The translations under genes and the position numbers were made by a program. DNA of 64,000 bases from Vicinamibacterales bacterium (GTDB taxonomy: Bacteria; Acidobacteriota; Vicinamibacteria; Vicinamibacterales; CAVVIG01), in assembly GCA_035693505.1 (NCBI GenBank), contig DASSGK010000391.1, positions 307 to 64,306 of the forward strand, written 5' to 3'. Of the stretch, positions 62,816 to 64,000 are shown piece after piece; position 1 is the stretch's first letter, and each line of letters starts with the position of its first letter. The notes beneath the pieces were generated by a model. That model worked only from the letters and a program-made list of their open reading frames with translations, was not told the origin of the DNA and searched no databases.

Positions 62816-63832
62816 CTACTCAGAAACCCTGACGAGCGGAATCCCCAGTTGTCGAGCCTTCCGGTACAGGTTCGGCCGTTGAATGCCCAGCGCCTGCGCA
62901 GCCGGCGCCATCCGCCACTCGTGGTGCTGAAGCACCGCGGCGATGTAGTCGCGCTCGAACCGCTGGCGCGCTTCGCGCAGATTGCCCGACGGCACAAACG
63001 GCGTGTGCGCCCGATTGAGCTGCAGCGCCGGGAGGATATGTTCGATCTGCACCACGTCGTCGCCTCCGCCGGCGATGACGCGGTGAACCGCCGTGCGAAG
63101 TTCGGCGAGGTTGCCGGGCCACGTGAGCGCGCCGAACAGCGCGAGCGCCGCCTGCGTGAAGGTGCGAACAGGACATCCGGTCGCCCTGGACGCTTCTTCC
63201 ATGAGCCGCACGACAAGCTCCGGAATGTCGCCCGGCCGCTCGCGCAGCGGGGGAAGATCGAGGCGGACGGCAGACAACCGCCGATACAGGTCCGGCCGGA
63301 AGCGATGCGCGCTGACGTCGGCCTCGACGCCAGGCTGCGCGCTCGCGGTGAAGCGAAGCGCCGTCGCGACCGGCACACCGTCGATGCGGACCTCGCCGTC
63401 ACGGGCGATTCGGGCCAGCTGCGCCTGCGTCGAGGCGCGCAATTCGGTGACGGCGTGAAGGTAGAGCGTTCCGCCGCGAGCGGCAGCAATCCCGCTGTCG
63501 CGCGCGATCGACTCGAGGTCGGTGGCGGTGGCCGGCTCCGGCTGACCGAACAGCAGTCGATCGATCGTCGCCGCATCGCCGGCATCGCAGTACACCGCGA
63601 CGAACGGTGCTCCGGCCGGACGGCCGCGATGGTGGACCTCCCGGGCCACACTCTCGACGTCGGCTCCCGCTTCGGCGGCGATCAGAAGCCCGCCGTCGAG
63701 GGAGGCAGCGCGCTTGATCAGCTCCTGGACACGCATGATCGCTGGGGAGTGCCCGACGAGTTCGACGGCGCTCTCACGAGGTTGGACGAACCGCGCCGAT
63801 GGTGCATCAGCCAGCATAAGGGAATCGGCCAT
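62816..63832 (-). CDS. Sigma-54-activator-like (NtrC-family AAA+ + Fis-type HTH) regulator with degenerate ATPase and no GAFTGA loop
   Basis: LVGHSPAIMRVQELI... aligns to the EBP central domain. However, Walker A is AEAGADVE (no GK[ST]), Walker B is GGTLYLHAV (no DE), and the GAFTGA region is replaced by QPEPATATD. DLYRRL..V.L.LPPLRERPGDIP, WPGNLAEL and the C-terminal HTH (RMAPAAQALGIQRPNLYRKARQLGI) are retained. Confidence 0.8.
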   Translation of the reverse strand: MADSLMLADAPSARFVQPRESAVELVGHSPAIMRVQELIKRAASLDGGLLIAAEAGADVESVAREVHHRGRPAGAPFVAVYCDAGDAATIDRLLFGQPEPATATDLESIARDSGIAAARGGTLYLHAVTELRASTQAQLARIARDGEVRIDGVPVATALRFTASAQPGVEADVSAHRFRPDLYRRLSAVRLDLPPLRERPGDIPELVVRLMEEASRATGCPVRTFTQAALALFGALTWPGNLAELRTAVHRVIAGGGDDVVQIEHILPALQLNRAHTPFVPSGNLREARQRFERDYIAAVLQHHEWRMAPAAQALGIQRPNLYRKARQLGIPLVRVSE

Positions 63833-63938
63833 GGTTGAAACTCTCTGACTTGAGTCCGTAGGTACAGCTTCGCCCCGTCACTTACGGACAGCGACGAGGA
63901 TCGTAAATGGCTTATCCATTTACGACTAATAAAGACTC

Positions 63939-63967
63939 AATATGACACTAAAGACCATCAGTGTCAA
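63939..63967 (-). promoter_or_regulatory. Candidate sigma-70-type promoter (TTGACA-17 nt-CATATT) overlapped by the 7-bp inverted repeat TGACACT-N10-AGTGTCA
   Basis: On the minus strand, TTGACA is the complement of 63962-63967 and CATATT is the complement of 63939-63944, with a 17-nt spacer. The palindrome at 63943-63966 spans the spacer. The site is about 105 nt upstream of ATG 63832. Confidence 0.35.
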
Positions 63968-64000
63968 TATAGATACAGCTGTGAAGCCCCCACGATACAG

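Noticed and set aside
63977-63992. GG-N10-GC spacing (TGGGGGCTTCACAGCT on the minus strand) resembling a sigma-54 -24/-12 promoter upstream of the EBP-like gene.
   Set aside because: Only the TGG and GC dinucleotide positions match; TGGCAC and TTGCW are otherwise absent. GG-N10-GC arises easily by chance, and the adjacent regulator lacks the sigma-54 contact loop. A sigma-70-like promoter downstream fits better.
1-64000. Scan for rRNA, tRNA, CRISPR arrays, transposases, integrases, phage genes and toxin-antitoxin or defence-system signatures.
   Set aside because: I recognised no cloverleaf-like or rRNA-like stretches, no regularly spaced direct repeats, and no ORF with transposase, integrase, nuclease or defence hallmarks. 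The only dispersed repeat is the short REP-like hairpin family.

Overview
High-GC chromosomal segment that looks Acidobacteriota-like. The evidence is a PadR + ADOP duplicated-permease pair, an Acidobacterial-type VWFA protein, and many FHA/GAF/PAS signalling genes. All family calls come from reading the translated ORFs and recognising motifs by eye; no database search was run.

Layout:
- (i) 1-17.3 kb holds mixed signalling and envelope genes. These include an OMP, a VWA protein, a MASE1-GAF-PAS-GGDEF cyclase, a triple-PAS histidine kinase with a LuxR-type regulator, NUDIX, an orphan receiver, BON/LysM, a TlpA-like redoxin, FHA-GAF-PP2C and PadR-ADOP.
- (ii) 17.3-24.0 kb is an ABC-transporter-dependent glycan module: wzm, wzt with a C-terminal carbohydrate-binding-type extension, 3 glycosyltransferases and 2 methyltransferases.
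- (iii) truA and a DUF3810 gene follow.
- (iv) 26.1-63.8 kb is a very large Wzc/OPX/Wzy-type exopolysaccharide super-locus. About 32 kb of it is one minus-strand gene chain with many 4-nt start/stop overlaps. It contains 13 glycosyltransferase genes (14 modules, one tandem GT4-GT4 fusion, two GT-C membrane enzymes). It also contains a priming sugar transferase, a geranylgeranyl-reductase-like flavoprotein, fcl, a NodU-type carbamoyltransferase and a DegT aminotransferase. The remaining genes are a Gfo/Idh/MocA oxidoreductase, a deacetylase, an AsnB-type amidotransferase, 5 methyltransferases, a short OPX export protein and an ATPase-dead sigma-54-activator-like regulator at its head.

Most unusual observations:
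- Three degenerate sigma-54-EBP-like proteins: one full-length with an HTH, plus two about 140-170-aa stand-alone AAA+ remnants.
- An isoprenoid-reductase-like gene translationally coupled to GT-C enzymes next to the priming transferase.
- PEP-CTERM-locus-like gene content with no exosortase, flippase or Wzc phosphatase in view.
- A dispersed 37-nt hairpin repeat at convergent gene ends.
- A candidate promoter/operator/structured leader upstream of the EPS regulator.

No rRNA, tRNA, CRISPR array, transposase or integrase was recognised.
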